From positions 62,001-126,000 of the forward strand of contig MU006103.1 in assembly GCA_010093705.1 (NCBI GenBank): a DNA stretch of 64,000 nt. The letters run 5' to 3'. The stretch's first letter is position 1. Every line of letters starts with the position of its first letter. Below the pieces are notes generated by a model. It saw only the letters and a list, made by a program, of their open reading frames with translations, did no database searches and was not told where the DNA came from. Both the position numbers and the translations under genes were made by a program. Of this stretch, positions 12,501 to 24,429 are shown piece by piece. Source of the stretch: Patellaria atrata CBS 101060 (taxonomy: Eukaryota).

Positions 12501-12779
12501 TACTTGCACGTCATTGCAAGAGGCCTTTCAATCGGCCGTATCAGTAGTGGCTCAGTCAGTTTTCGTGTGGAAGATCTGATAATCCATACGCAAATACAGA
12601 TGTACGAGTCTATTCATTATTATCTATATCTTGTCTCCATTGCTCATGCGAATCGGTCAGCCTTTGTTCGAAACGATACCTAAATACCAACGGCTTTATT
12701 CACGTTCCGATAAACCAATCTTGTGGCCCCTTATAATCATTTCCCCCCTTGAACTTTATGCTGTACAGCTTCGCGCATC

Positions 12780-14378
12780 ATGGCAGCTTTGCAACCATTC
12801 AACGACCTCCCCCAAATCCATGTCGACGGAGATAGCCCCTTTTGGGCAGCGTTTGGGGGTGATCTGGACAACGGTCGCTGCGACAATCCTCTCACAACTC
12901 GCCAGGCCAATCTATTTTGTACGCAAGGGACCATCAATGGCATGAATTCTCTGTCTAGCATGCAACGCTTCATCAGTGGCCGAGACAGTCCACCGTTTTC
13001 TCCCGTGGGACTCAACACGGATATCAAGAAGTCGTTCATGGCTCCATGTTCGCAGCAGACTTTCGAATTCAATGGGTACTGTGCAACTCAATCGCCTTGG
13101 CCAATCCTTGATCCTCTCCAGCGGGATCCTTCTCCGGATGGCAGCAGTTGGTCTCAATCAAGCGGCCACAGCATCAATCCTTACAGTGATGAATTACAAT
13201 CCCCAATCTCTGGCCACAGGCTTTCCTATAGCAGTAACACTGAAAACCACCTTCACGGATACCCCAGTTCTAACTTCTCGGCTTTTCCTAGTACATCAAG
13301 GGAGCTCATCCCAAGTGGTGGAAGTGGCATTGCCCTGCGAGAGATTCAGGGTTTCGCAGATGTGATCCCGGAGCCATCGATTGGAGATTATGATCGTGCA
13401 GAAGTTAAATTAGAGCATACTTCATACGATGCGGAAGACTCATTCTGCTATTCGAAAATAGATACCACTCGAGACAACTTCGGTGAAGATTCCGGGCTAG
13501 GAGAGTCCGTGAGGGATGCCGAATCAGTACAACCCTATTCAAAGGAGGATGAGGATGATGCAGGTTCTGAGTATGACCCAACCACTTCTACTACCCAGCA
13601 AAAGCGTCCGCGACGCCGTTCTTCCCACTCTAGTACCACTTCTGTGAAGGTTGAGACGAAGCGCACCAAAGCTCGAAAGTCATCTACAAGTTCGGTAGTG
13701 GGCTCTGCACGGGTCCAGAAGAAGACCAAAGCTTCCCCAGGATCGGCGCCCGTTGAAGGAGTTGAGCGGCCATTCCCCTGTCCTTTCGCAAATTACTCAT
13801 GCAAATCGAGCTTTTCATCAAAAAACGAATGGAAACGACATGTTCATACTCAGCACATCAAGCTTGGATTCTGGCGCTGCGACCTCTGCCCTACTACGAC
13901 AGATGGTAGCAATGTTCCATCATACAATGACTTTAATCGCAAGGATCTCTTCACCCAGCATCTCCGCCGTATGCACTCTACACGAGATTATGTCCCCAAA
14001 CGGCGCCGAGATCAGTCGGCTCCCGTGAAACCACCTACGGATGAACATCCAGTCACAGAAGAGAATCTAGTAGACCATCAGACAAGATGCTATCACCGAA
14101 TCCGCGAGCCTCCGACCCAGTCATCTTGTCTCTTCTGCACCAAGACCTTCAGTGGTTCTGGCAGCTGGGAGGATCGCATGGAGCATGTTGGCAAACATTT
14201 TGAAAAGGAGAAGAAGGGAGTTTCAGACTTTTTGAACGCCAGCAATTGGAAGACCGACCCCTTTCTTCAGGACTGGTTGCTCACTGAGGGTCTCATCGTG
14301 AGGAATGCCAGGGGAGGATGGGACCTTGGCGATGGGCAGCCTAGACGGCCGCCGATGGCTAATGCTCTACGGGAATAG
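12780..14378 (+). CDS. C2H2 zinc-finger transcription factor (532 aa)
   Basis: FPCPFANYSCKSSFSSKNEWKRHVHTQH, WRCDLC..FNRKDLFTQHLRRMH and CLFCTKTF..WEDRMEHVGKHFE; basic NLS-like KRPRRR; Ser-rich N-terminus. Confidence 0.92.
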   Translation: MAALQPFNDLPQIHVDGDSPFWAAFGGDLDNGRCDNPLTTRQANLFCTQGTINGMNSLSSMQRFISGRDSPPFSPVGLNTDIKKSFMAPCSQQTFEFNGYCATQSPWPILDPLQRDPSPDGSSWSQSSGHSINPYSDELQSPISGHRLSYSSNTENHLHGYPSSNFSAFPSTSRELIPSGGSGIALREIQGFADVIPEPSIGDYDRAEVKLEHTSYDAEDSFCYSKIDTTRDNFGEDSGLGESVRDAESVQPYSKEDEDDAGSEYDPTTSTTQQKRPRRRSSHSSTTSVKVETKRTKARKSSTSSVVGSARVQKKTKASPGSAPVEGVERPFPCPFANYSCKSSFSSKNEWKRHVHTQHIKLGFWRCDLCPTTTDGSNVPSYNDFNRKDLFTQHLRRMHSTRDYVPKRRRDQSAPVKPPTDEHPVTEENLVDHQTRCYHRIREPPTQSSCLFCTKTFSGSGSWEDRMEHVGKHFEKEKKGVSDFLNASNWKTDPFLQDWLLTEGLIVRNARGGWDLGDGQPRRPPMANALRE

Positions 14379-15185
14379 GAGTATGGAAAGTATACGGCCC
14401 ACGTGGAATGCAATGGGGATATTCATACTGCGTTGGGAAATGCTCGCCACGAAGGCACGATGTTATGACATGACTTGTTAGCAGAATTAGATACCCTGTT
14501 CGACCGGCTATGTTTTTTCTTATCTCTCGGTTTCTGGTGTATTGTACTCTCGTCTTAGTATACGCTTCCTGTTTTTTCTCTACTCGAAGATAGATCTCAA
14601 GGAAGAGTAATGATACGAAATTTTCATCGTTCTACTATCGACTACTTGATTTGGGAATGCTAGTGACTGAAGCTTTGGAGTAAGGTATGCCAATGTTCGT
14701 CTACATAGAAGCACGAGGCACAGCCCCTTTCTCCAGCCCCATAGCACGAAACTGATGATGCTAAACTCACCACCAAAAATCATGATGCTATACAGTGCAG
14801 AGAAAGCACATACTGCAAGCACCTCTCCTCCACAACCGGTCCAGGCATCCGCAGCAGGTAGAAAAGCCCCCATCGATAGCATCCATAAATATTTTCAAGT
14901 TCCGGTGGCATCCCACTCGGTTGAAACAAACATACATATAAACAGCTATATGACTACATATATACCGGTATGTCTTGAAAGTCCCTCCCGCATATAGGCG
15001 GTTAAAAGGCGCGTATCCTCCCCTCCGTACAAACTTACCGGTACATGATCTGGGGGCGGGATCAAAACATGTGGGGTACTCTAGCTATCACTGTCTGAAC
15101 AGAATCTTTTCACTAACATATTTGGTTTTTCTTTTTTTTCTTTTTTTCTTTTTTTCTTTTTTGGTTTTTTTTTTTGGTTTTTTTT

Positions 15186-15285
15186 NNNNNNNNNNNNNNN
15201 NNNNNNNNNNNNNNNNNNNNNNNNNNNNNNNNNNNNNNNNNNNNNNNNNNNNNNNNNNNNNNNNNNNNNNNNNNNNNNNNNNNNN
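15186..15285. other. Assembly gap (100 N) next to a T-rich low-complexity tract
   Basis: Run of N preceded by poly-T/C tract at about 15121-15185. Confidence 1.
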
Positions 15286-15755
15286 CATAAACCGATCGGC
15301 GCGTTGGAAAGCGCGTAATGTGGGTCAGGTGTTGGAGGTTAAGAGAGACCGGATTGTGGGTGAGGGACGCATAGGGTATGTCGGGTTCGCGGAGCTGAGG
15401 GAGGTGGGCTTACAGGACTTTTGGTTTCCGGTGAGGATGGGGTTTGTGGCGTGTCTGAGAGGAGAAGGGGTTAGGATAGTGTAGGGTAAGGGGGAATTTG
15501 GGCAGGGCGGAAGGTGGAGAGTGGTATGTTCGCCCTGAGGTTGGGGTTTCGGGGAAGTTATGGTTATAGGTACTGTATGGGTACATGGGCCTTTGAATTG
15601 GTGTTGATGTTGTTTACCTTATCGTCGTGGCTGTGGAGCTGGGAGCTCGATGGGGATGATACCGGAGTTCAACCACCAAAAAAGAATCTTGGCATAAGTG
15701 CAACTTTCAAATCTACCTCAATCCTCAACATCTTCATCGATTCCCATCAACAATA

Positions 15756-16916
15756 ATGCAGATCCGACTTTCCCACCCTTCAATGGGCTTGGGCCGAACA
15801 GTGTCGAACGAAATACCCATTTCAACCGTCCGTATTTGCCGCTTCCACGCCGCAGCATCCCGCAAAGCAGAAGAAAAATGTACCATCCCATATCCTCCCT
15901 AATCCTTCATCTCCATCCCCATAGTCACCGTAACACTCAACACTTCCTACTCCATCGCCCACTAACATCCTCAAGCCGAACCCTTCTCCCTCGCGCGCCG
16001 CTCCCGCGCGGCCGCCTCCACGATCCAAACCCTCAAACCCCGATCCCCCATCCCCCCCCGGCACGTCATCGCCGGCCTCCGCGGCGGCCAATTCCGCTCT
16101 GGGCAGCGCAACGACGCACCCAAAGATGCGAGCACGCAGTCAAACCCGTCGACAAGCGCGCAACGGCCCAAAGAGCTGATCCGGCGTGTCGTCTTTGACA
16201 TCAAGGAATCACCGCCGTCAGGTCAACGGCCCCGGGAGCTAACGAGACGAAGCACCTTTCCGCGCAGCGGTGGCCCCGGGGCCGGGACTCGACTCCGCAC
16301 GGGGGGAGGGCCGAAACGGCGGACGGGGGAGAAGCGCAAGAGGGAGAGGAAGGGGGAGAGGGCGGAGGAGGAGAAGTCGCTCGAGGAGGGGCTTTCGGAC
16401 GAGATGATCAAGCTGCTGCTTTCCGAGAACGCGAAGTTTCATAATCGGGCTGAGCGGATTAAGTTGCGGGAGCCCGAGGAGCTGATAGGGTCGGGCACCA
16501 GTGTTGCGACGCTCGCGACGGAGAAGGGCGCGAGGGATCTTGTGAAGAGGCGGTTGGAGATTGTGGGGAGGAAGGTTGAAGGTTATATGAGTCCCAGACG
16601 GATCAGGCAGAGGAGCTCGTGGAATCAGTTTGTGTTTCTGGATGGGGAGGAGGAAATTAAGGGCGCTAAAGACGCCGGGGCGCTTGGGATTGAGAAGGTG
16701 GATGAGGAGGTGAGGAGGGAGGTTGTTGAGAAGGTTGTTGGGGGGAGGTATGCTTTGACTGAGATGGGGTTCGGGGAGCAGAGACAGGGGGTTTTGAGCG
16801 CGCTGAGGAAGAACCCGAGCTTTGTGGTTGAGGATGAGAGGAGATTTTTGGGCGTGTTAGATCCGCTGGTACCGGCGACTGCTAAGGGAGGGAGTGAGGT
16901 GGGAGTGAAAACGTAG
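15756..16916 (+). CDS. Hypothetical, probably mitochondrion-targeted protein
   Basis: Exon 1 15756-15879 (MQIRLSHPSMGLGRTVSNEIPISTVRICRFHAAASRKAEEK, presequence-like). Intron 15880-15975 with CTAAC branch. Exon 2 is in frame with ORF 16404-16916. Confidence 0.75.
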
Positions 16917-17499
16917 GTTGGTACTAAGTCGATACTGGGTCGATACTGAGTCGGTGTCGAAAAGCATTATTAGATATGTAAGATTACGGAAGAATTTATA
17001 CTGTATTGGATTACTTTAGTCTCCCGGCCTAATGTCCTCTGCACTTACCCACTCATGGACTAAATATCCTTTTTTTTTTTCTGGGATGACTAGTGCAAGA
17101 GGCTGACAATAAAATATCAAACCCAAAACTCACACAAACATACCTATCTGAACGCAAAGCGCGGTTATGAAGGGGATGGGTGGGTTTGAATAAGGGGTAC
17201 GGGGTGGTTTCCTGGGTGTCTATCCAGGGCACCCCTTTTTGTGGTTCTTTAACTGGCCTCAAAAAGTCACGTACGGGAGGGGAGGGGTTCAAGGGTTAGT
17301 AAAAGAGAGATATTTAATGGTTTATTTGGTGTATTCCGTGGTGTATTTGATCAGTTTTCAAATTCGGTTTGGCACTTCCGTCGAATCTCATATCTCACTT
17401 TTGCAATCTCACTTTTGCACCTAGGGGTCTTTGTAGTTCTTTCCAAGTCCTTTTCTTTTTTTTTTTGGGGGGGGGGACGGAGGGGGGTATTTTCTATCT

Positions 17500-17504
<5 letters not shown>

Positions 17505-17542
<38 letters not shown>
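17505..17542 (+). repeat. (CT)n microsatellite, about 19 units
   Basis: Read directly. Confidence 0.95.
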
Positions 17543-17549
<7 letters not shown>

Positions 17550-17849
17550 TCTGCAACACAATCCATGACACACTCCAGCTCAGCTATGTAAGAACAATAG
17601 ATGATGACCCGCTATGCAAGATAAAAAAAAAAAGGGGGTATATGGTGGTAAAATAAGGGGAAATCGCCACCGTGTACAAGGGGTGGTACATGACTAAGTC
17701 CAGGTTATGACATGAATGATATGAGAACATAGAGTACCTGTTAGATGTTCATAAGGGTACACCCCCCAACAATGATTCGAACACCATCTCCTCGGTACAG
17801 TTCCACAAATCCTATAATTGTGCTTTCAACAGTACATCCGTTGTACCTC

Positions 17850-19469
17850 TTACTCCTCGCCAGACCCATCATTTGCTTGAATCACGATATCAGCAACCGC
17901 CGGAGCCGCCGGCATAAGATGAGGCGGAATAATAAAACTCGTAGTGGCATTCCCACGCAGAAGGCGAGCCGCTGGAAGTCCAGTCGGACGCGTCAGATTC
18001 ACCGACGAAAGATCCGCACGCCTAAGATCCACAACCACAGGCGTGTTCCTCGGCGTGGCTATATGATGAAGAGTCCTACGCGCCCGACGTCTACGATTCG
18101 GAGCCTGACCCGCAGCACCATGATTCGTCGTCCGTCTACCAACAACAGCAGTCTGCTGAGCCCCTTGCTTCCTGAGCTCGGCATCGTAGACCTTCGCATC
18201 GGGGTCCGTGTCCAGCGCATCGGCTCTCGTCCTCATGACACCGGTCGTGTGCGCGTCGAACCCGAGGTCCCACATGAACTCCGGATGACCGGCCGGTCGG
18301 CGCTTATTGCGCTCCCAGAAGAACTTCTCCTTCCAAAACGGGCCCGTGCTCTCGCACACGCGCTTCAGGTGCTCCGAAAACGTCGGGTCTGCGCCCTCGA
18401 TGATGGCGCGGTTGACGCCCCGGACGCGGGATAGGGGCTCGAGGAGCCACTGCTGACGCTTCGTGTTAGGCGCGGGACGGCGGAGGACGTCGTCGACTGG
18501 CGCTTCGCAGCACATGAAGCATTCCTTCCTGACGCTGAGGGTGTCGTCGGGTTTGACTACTTTGGAACGCGGACGCCAGGTTGGGATGAATCGAGGCTCC
18601 CATGCGGCGCGGATCTCGATGGTCAATTTACAAATGCAGTGACGGTGCTCGAGGATACCCGCGAGGTGTTCAAGGGCGAGTCGACACTCGCCTTCGGAAT
18701 GCGGTTCGACGATGAGCTTGAGGCGTTTAAATCGCTCCGCGTGGAGGTATACGACGTTCCTGATCGGTGTGTAGGTCTGCTTGCAGGAGATATGGAAAGT
18801 GAAGGTGTTATTGCGAAACATGGCGTCGACCAAGTTTGGTATAAACCCGTTGCTTGAATTTAGGATACGCATGCTCTCGATAAAGGTCCAGGCACTATTG
18901 AGGAAGAACCTGCTAGCCACCATATTCTGTGCAAAGGTCTTCTTCTTGTCTTTGGAGTAGATCACAAGTTGGCCGGTGTAATGCCTGAGGAGTGTCCACC
19001 CGAGATGACCAGAGACGAAGGGCTTGCACATCTCGTGGAGTGCCCAAGAACAAGTGATGATCTCTCCGCTTGGGAGGAGGTAGTCGAAGAATTCGTTTTG
19101 GATCTCCTCGGGGAATTTATCTAGATTCGAAGTAAAACGACCCCGATAGGTATTGACTGCGAGTCTAGCCGCCGCATAGGGCATCACAGGTACTGGGCCT
19201 CGACGATGAGTCCCGATTCGCTTCACCCTCGAATGACGATCGGTGTTAGAATACCTTGAATCATACGAGGGATCCTGTTGCTCTTCAGGAGACTTCCTGT
19301 TGACAGAGGTACTCGTATCAGTGACCGATCCTGAAGTTACAGGAGTCGCAACGTTGTTCTGCAACTGCATTAGGTTGCGAGCGAGAATTCTACCAGTTCG
19401 AAGTTGTAACCCCTGGCTCCGGGTTCCTCTACTAGGGGTAGAAGGAGGATCAGGCTGCCTCGGGGCCAT
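17850..19469 (-). CDS. Hypothetical protein with F-box-like motif (539 aa)
   Basis: Intronless ORF; LDKFPEEIQNEFFDYLLP resembles the fungal F-box/2EXR-like LP.E....I...LL motif; WLLEPLSRVRGVNRAIIEG further downstream. Confidence 0.8.
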   Translation of the reverse strand: MAPRQPDPPSTPSRGTRSQGLQLRTGRILARNLMQLQNNVATPVTSGSVTDTSTSVNRKSPEEQQDPSYDSRYSNTDRHSRVKRIGTHRRGPVPVMPYAAARLAVNTYRGRFTSNLDKFPEEIQNEFFDYLLPSGEIITCSWALHEMCKPFVSGHLGWTLLRHYTGQLVIYSKDKKKTFAQNMVASRFFLNSAWTFIESMRILNSSNGFIPNLVDAMFRNNTFTFHISCKQTYTPIRNVVYLHAERFKRLKLIVEPHSEGECRLALEHLAGILEHRHCICKLTIEIRAAWEPRFIPTWRPRSKVVKPDDTLSVRKECFMCCEAPVDDVLRRPAPNTKRQQWLLEPLSRVRGVNRAIIEGADPTFSEHLKRVCESTGPFWKEKFFWERNKRRPAGHPEFMWDLGFDAHTTGVMRTRADALDTDPDAKVYDAELRKQGAQQTAVVGRRTTNHGAAGQAPNRRRRARRTLHHIATPRNTPVVVDLRRADLSSVNLTRPTGLPAARLLRGNATTSFIIPPHLMPAAPAVADIVIQANDGSGEE

Positions 19470-20285
19470 GTAGACAACAGGTAGCTTTCGGTGTAAAGGA
19501 AGTGAGTGTGGGAGGAATTGTACCGGTAGTAATGGATAATATATAGGTTAGATTGTAAGAGATGTAGGTATGAAATTGAGGTTGTTGGTTGAGATCCAAA
19601 GGTTCTTCTCTGTCTTTTGTCTGGGGAAAGAAAAAAGAAGCTAATATCTAAAATCGAGGAATTTATAGGCAATTGGAAAGCACTGGGAAGCACTGTGAAG
19701 AGACTATGGTTCTTATAATCATAAATGCCTAACCAATATTCAATCTCTAAATCCAATCTGTATGGCATATTCACGGTACTGTGAAGAAAATCCATGATAC
19801 ATAAAGAACACAATGAAGAAACTAGGGACGTATGTTATCATCTGTGAGAAAACAATGTAGAAAATAGGGGTGTAAACTAACTTAGGCACATGGCATTGTA
19901 ACAGATTATAACAAAATTCTTGTTTGCGAAAAGGACAGTGAACGGTAGTTCAGAGGTTAAAATTGATTTCACATTTTGTAACAGCAGAAATTCAACAGAT
20001 TGGGATCAGATTAGGATCACGAATATCTATGATTACATCGATTAAAGTTCATACAGTGAAGAGTTTTAAGATTCGGGTTGCAAGTACCATGACCAAGTAG
20101 AATAAAGACAAGGTCAGACCTTGGGTAGCTTAATTGCATATCAGTACGAGCTGCAGGAAATCAAAGAAAACGCCTTGGACAGTTAGCACTGTGTTCAAGT
20201 ATGTCCCGATTACTAACCGAATGCTGACTGTCTATCAGAGGAAAGCCATACTTCGGCAGGTAAAATCACAGCTCCCACCTGAATG

Positions 20286-21519
20286 CTATGGCCAATGTGT
20301 TCCCTCACCAATGTCCTCGTGGGGTACATTGTCATAATTGACGATAGCCTTAAGACACTCCCATTGGTAAGATGGAAACAATAGTCCCTCATCATCGAAT
20401 AATCCGATGAAAGGGTTTAAGACAAATACAGGGAGTTCAACCTTTACCTTCGACATCATCGTTGATCTTAACTCGTCCCGGAAAGTTGGATGGATGCAGC
20501 CGCTGAAGTTGACCTCCTCAATTCCGTATAATCCAGCCAATGGTTCCAATAAGAAAGTCTGGTTAGGAACGGCGTGAAAGACAAGATGTCGGTTGAAAAA
20601 GTAGTGATAGCAACTACAAAGCTCCTCTTCCGGTTCAATGGCCAAGATTTGAGACAGCGTTCTACCATCAGACTGCACGGGTTGCATGACTGGCCCAAAC
20701 TTAACGCCATGTTTCAAGCGGATCTTGATAGATTTGATAGCGTGGTTGACTCCAAACATCTTTACCATCTCTTGGAGGACGTCGCGGGCTTCAGAATCGA
20801 AATGAGGCTTGATGAAGATCTCGCACTTGGTGATCAACTGCGAGTATAGGGACAAGAAGTGTTTCGTGCCCCGCCAACTGGTTTTGCACGACACATGTAG
20901 TCGGATCTTCCGGGTTTTGAACATATATTGAACGGCCTCATCATAGATTCGTTGATTGAGTCGGAATACAGTGGAAGAGCCATGTGGTGCATTGAAAGGT
21001 GCGAGTAGGGGCTTCTCCCTTGGCGTCCAATTGACGAATGAAGTCAATGAGAGCGGATTGGATATCAAAGGGTGGCTGGGTCGAATCTGCCATGAAATAG
21101 ACTTGAGTTTAGACGCGATATCTTTCGACGTAGAGGAGATATCCTCATCCTTGACTGTCCTGCAGGTAAATGCTTCGTTTTTTGGCAGGATCTCTTCATA
21201 GATCATCAAGCGAAGTTCGGCTGGGAGTTTCTCGAAAGCGAATATGGTTGTATCTTCGCGAGCTTCCTCTGCTTCGTTCACTTAAACTGAAGATTAGCTC
21301 CAAAAGCTGGTGGGCGGGCGTAATTAGATACTTACTATTTTGAGCTGGTCCTTCATTCCGTACATCTACCATTTCGACATCATGCACAATATCTTTCTGG
21401 TTACGAGATGATGTCGTTGCGGAGCAGTTTTCTTGGTTATGTTCAGTGTCAACGCGTTGATTTGAATGCTGTAGATCTAATTCTACGGGGACGGATGGTG
21501 AAGATGTGTCTAACTCCAT
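20286..21519 (-). CDS. Hypothetical protein with F-box-like motif, paralog of 17850-19469
   Basis: Exon 1 21519-21336, intron 21335-21281 (GTAAGT..GCTAAT..AAG), exon 2 21280-20286. Contains FAFEKLPAELRLMIYEEILP and FLLEPLAGLYGIEEVNFSG. Confidence 0.8.
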
Positions 21520-22098
21520 CGCGATTAATTCCGTTGAGCTGAGGTGTGAGGCATGTATTTGTTTTGAAATCCACGTCTCCAGAACCTTTAGCAGCTGGGT
21601 AGCTCAAGTCAAAGTAACCCTCTAAGAGTGCGCTGGGGTAGATGTAGAAGGTGGGTGAGCCATGGTCGGTCATTCCTTCCCCTCCAGGCATGATTTGCCC
21701 CACCTACCAAGAACGGAACGTCTTCCATTTATTATGTTGATTAGGTAAGAATACTGTACAGTACAGTACACATGAAAGTACTTTAGATACGGTATATGGA
21801 TCTCTAAGCACTGGACTGTGGAAAAGTAAGGTACTTACTTTAGTTGTTGTCTTTTACATGTACTGTATTGTACAGTACAACGACATTATTAGCCATATGT
21901 GCTCGGTACTTTTATATTCTTCCTCTGAATATCGAGCCGTAAGTTCTCTCGATAGACTAATAAAGATTACATATATATCGTAAGTTAACTAAGACACCCG
22001 GACAGTCAATGTCGATGGGCCATAGTGTTCATCAGTGTCAAAAGTCGATCTCATAACGCCTGAATGGTCTATTCCCTTTAACCTGAAGCATGTGCCGC

Positions 22099-23315
22099 TC
22101 ATAAGGTAATAAAACAAACGCCAGCCAGAAATAATAACATTAACATTGAGTTTGTTGCATCCTCGCTTCCCGAATTCCTGCTCGGTAAATCCCTCCCAAT
22201 GAAACCATCCGGTGAGTCAGCAACGAAGCCATCGCCGGTGTCTCGGCCACCACCGCTCTGAGGAGAGATTGAGGAATCAGGGCTCTGAAATGAAGGGTTC
22301 TGTGTGTTCTGCGGGTTGTTGGTTGATTGTGTATTTTGAGGATCGTTTGCAGTTGGATCATCTGAATTCGGATTGTTTGAACTTGGATTATTTGAATTTG
22401 GGTTATTGAACCCAGGAACGGTGGTGCTACCTGGGATAATCGGATCTTGATTCTGATCTGTGCTGGATATAGAAACAGGTCCCTCTAGGTATGGTTGTAT
22501 GGATGGAACATTTGTTGTCCCCCGTAGATCTCCGGGACTGAGGAGTCTATTCTGTAATAAATCGCAAGATATCCGTCCACCGTCGCCATCAAATGGCCCG
22601 GGTTCAGGATTATCATTCAATCTCGATGGACGTTCTGGGATGCTATTCGTGACAGAAATCGGAAGGTTGAAAATTGTAAAGAAATCGGTACCGTTGAGAC
22701 GGTAGTTCTGATGGATTGTAATATTATATTGACCACGAGCGCTATCAGGACCTGCCCGCTGGCCATCTCCAACTAGACATCCAGGCCATGCCCAGTTGAC
22801 ATGCTTGACAGTACTTCCCGGTTCCTGGTTAAGGATAGGCGCAAGAGGAGGAGCACGTGTTGTGCCGTTCGATATAGTAAAGTTCTTATTGGTATCGTAA
22901 CTTGTTAAAAACAGTGTGATGTTGAATAATTGACTTAGTGGGTCCACATTGTTAGGAGGTGGACGTAAACGTCCATTTCCGCTTATGTCTATAGAAATAT
23001 GTAGAAAGTCTGTTAAGTGATGATTTAGTACTCTATACATTCTGAAAGTTTGCTGGAATCTCAGATGAACACTTACCACCACCCATAGGCGTAAAAGGCT
23101 GCGGCTAAGGAATATTAGTTCTGCTTCGATTCTAGTCATTTTCAATCGTTACTTACAGAATTTACAATGGCAAGGCCGGGAGTATAAATTTGACCACCCA
23201 CCACATTGAAACCATTATTTATGGATTGCGACAATACTTCGCAATGGAATAATTGAAGTAAAATCACAATAAACCTTAAATATTGTGAGAAAACCGTCGA
23301 GAACTGATATGTCAT
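22099..23315 (-). CDS. Conserved uncharacterised secreted protein, probably GPI-anchored
   Basis: Start MTYQFSTVFSQYLRFIVILLQLFHCEVLS (signal peptide). Spliced core GGQIYTPGLAI..PQPFTPMGG..DFLHISIDISGNG..QEPGSTVKHVNWAWPGCLVGDG..NLPISVTNSI. N/P/S-rich stalk and hydrophobic C-terminus MLMLLFLAGVCFITL. Confidence 0.85.
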
Positions 23316-24429
23316 AAACATTGCAACATGGAGGGCGATCTATGATGCGATACAGAAATTTTTTGGAGATGAGAACTGGGTGACAATGGGAAAGAAGACT
23401 GAGGTTGACTATAAACTTGGAAGACGTAATTATCGAGGTTTGCGAATATAATATTGAAGGTAATAAGATTATGACAGGGTCTTTCCTGCTTGATACCTTC
23501 CCACTCGAAGCTAGGACGCTTCGCTTCCCGATTTGGTAAACAGGGAGTAGCCTGATACATCTCTTGCGACAAGCGACATGTTTAAGGATATGCTGCTCTA
23601 CTCACCCGGTCACACCACTATTATTCATGCTTTCTTGATGTGGTGTGGTTTTCATAAGAAAAAGAGTCATCTGTGAATCATAAAAGTGATTGCGTTAATG
23701 ATGTGATAGTAAGGTAGTTCCATACAATTAGGTTGTTCTGGCAATTCGTACGGCGACAGTGAATAATACGAGCCATGAGAGTACAAGGCTTTATTGACTA
23801 TATACGTACGAGAGAAGTATTGTGTGTCTTTCACAATGTCGGTGCAGCTGAAACTACATATCTCTTGCGCTAGGTCCCAAGAGAGTGATCATACTGCACC
23901 GTTCGAGATCTCGCCCAACACATTGTGAAGCATCCAGATCACCGGATGATTTGGCCTGCATAAGGATCACGGCTGCTCAAAAGGCCGGACTGATTTGACA
24001 TAAGGGTTACCACTCCGTAACCTAGGATCTGTTCGGACGAGGGATTACGTTCAAGCCGGTCTAGGCGATGATGAACCTTATAGATCGTAGTACTGGAGCT
24101 GTGGAAAGTGAGAATGATCTCTTGCACAAAAGAATGTCTGTCTTCGATAAGTTGTCAATTAATACTGTCGCATTTGAGTGAACAATCTTGGGAATCGGTT
24201 ATATAAAGTCTAAACTAACTTTAGCACGTGTGAGCTGCAATGGAAGCGAGTTCCGTACGAGACCCTGGAATTAGTCCCAAAGGAGCTAGAACCAAAATGC
24301 ATCAATAACCTTGGGTAGGTACATAGTTCCTCAGCTGTACGGAACTTAACACCCCGCTGCCACAAGAACCAGTTGAACGTAGCTACAGCTCACCCAGTTA
24401 TCCAGATATCAAATTATCAATAAGAGTCT

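Noticed and set aside
10328..12700. ORFs of 60-200 aa upstream of the C2H2 gene
   Set aside because: No recognisable domains or consistent splice model; more likely a long regulatory region.
14975..15085. GAAAGTCCC..GTGGGGTACTC resembling RNase MRP conserved regions
   Set aside because: The P4 pairing is imperfect and the span is too short for MRP RNA.
14975..15484. ORFs spanning the N run
   Set aside because: Artefacts of the assembly gap and poly-T tract.
9417..17281. Repeated GTACGG(G)AGGG motif near 9420, 15025 and 17271
   Set aside because: Short, and overlaps a TACGGAG-type motif found elsewhere in the intergenic DNA; no extended homology.
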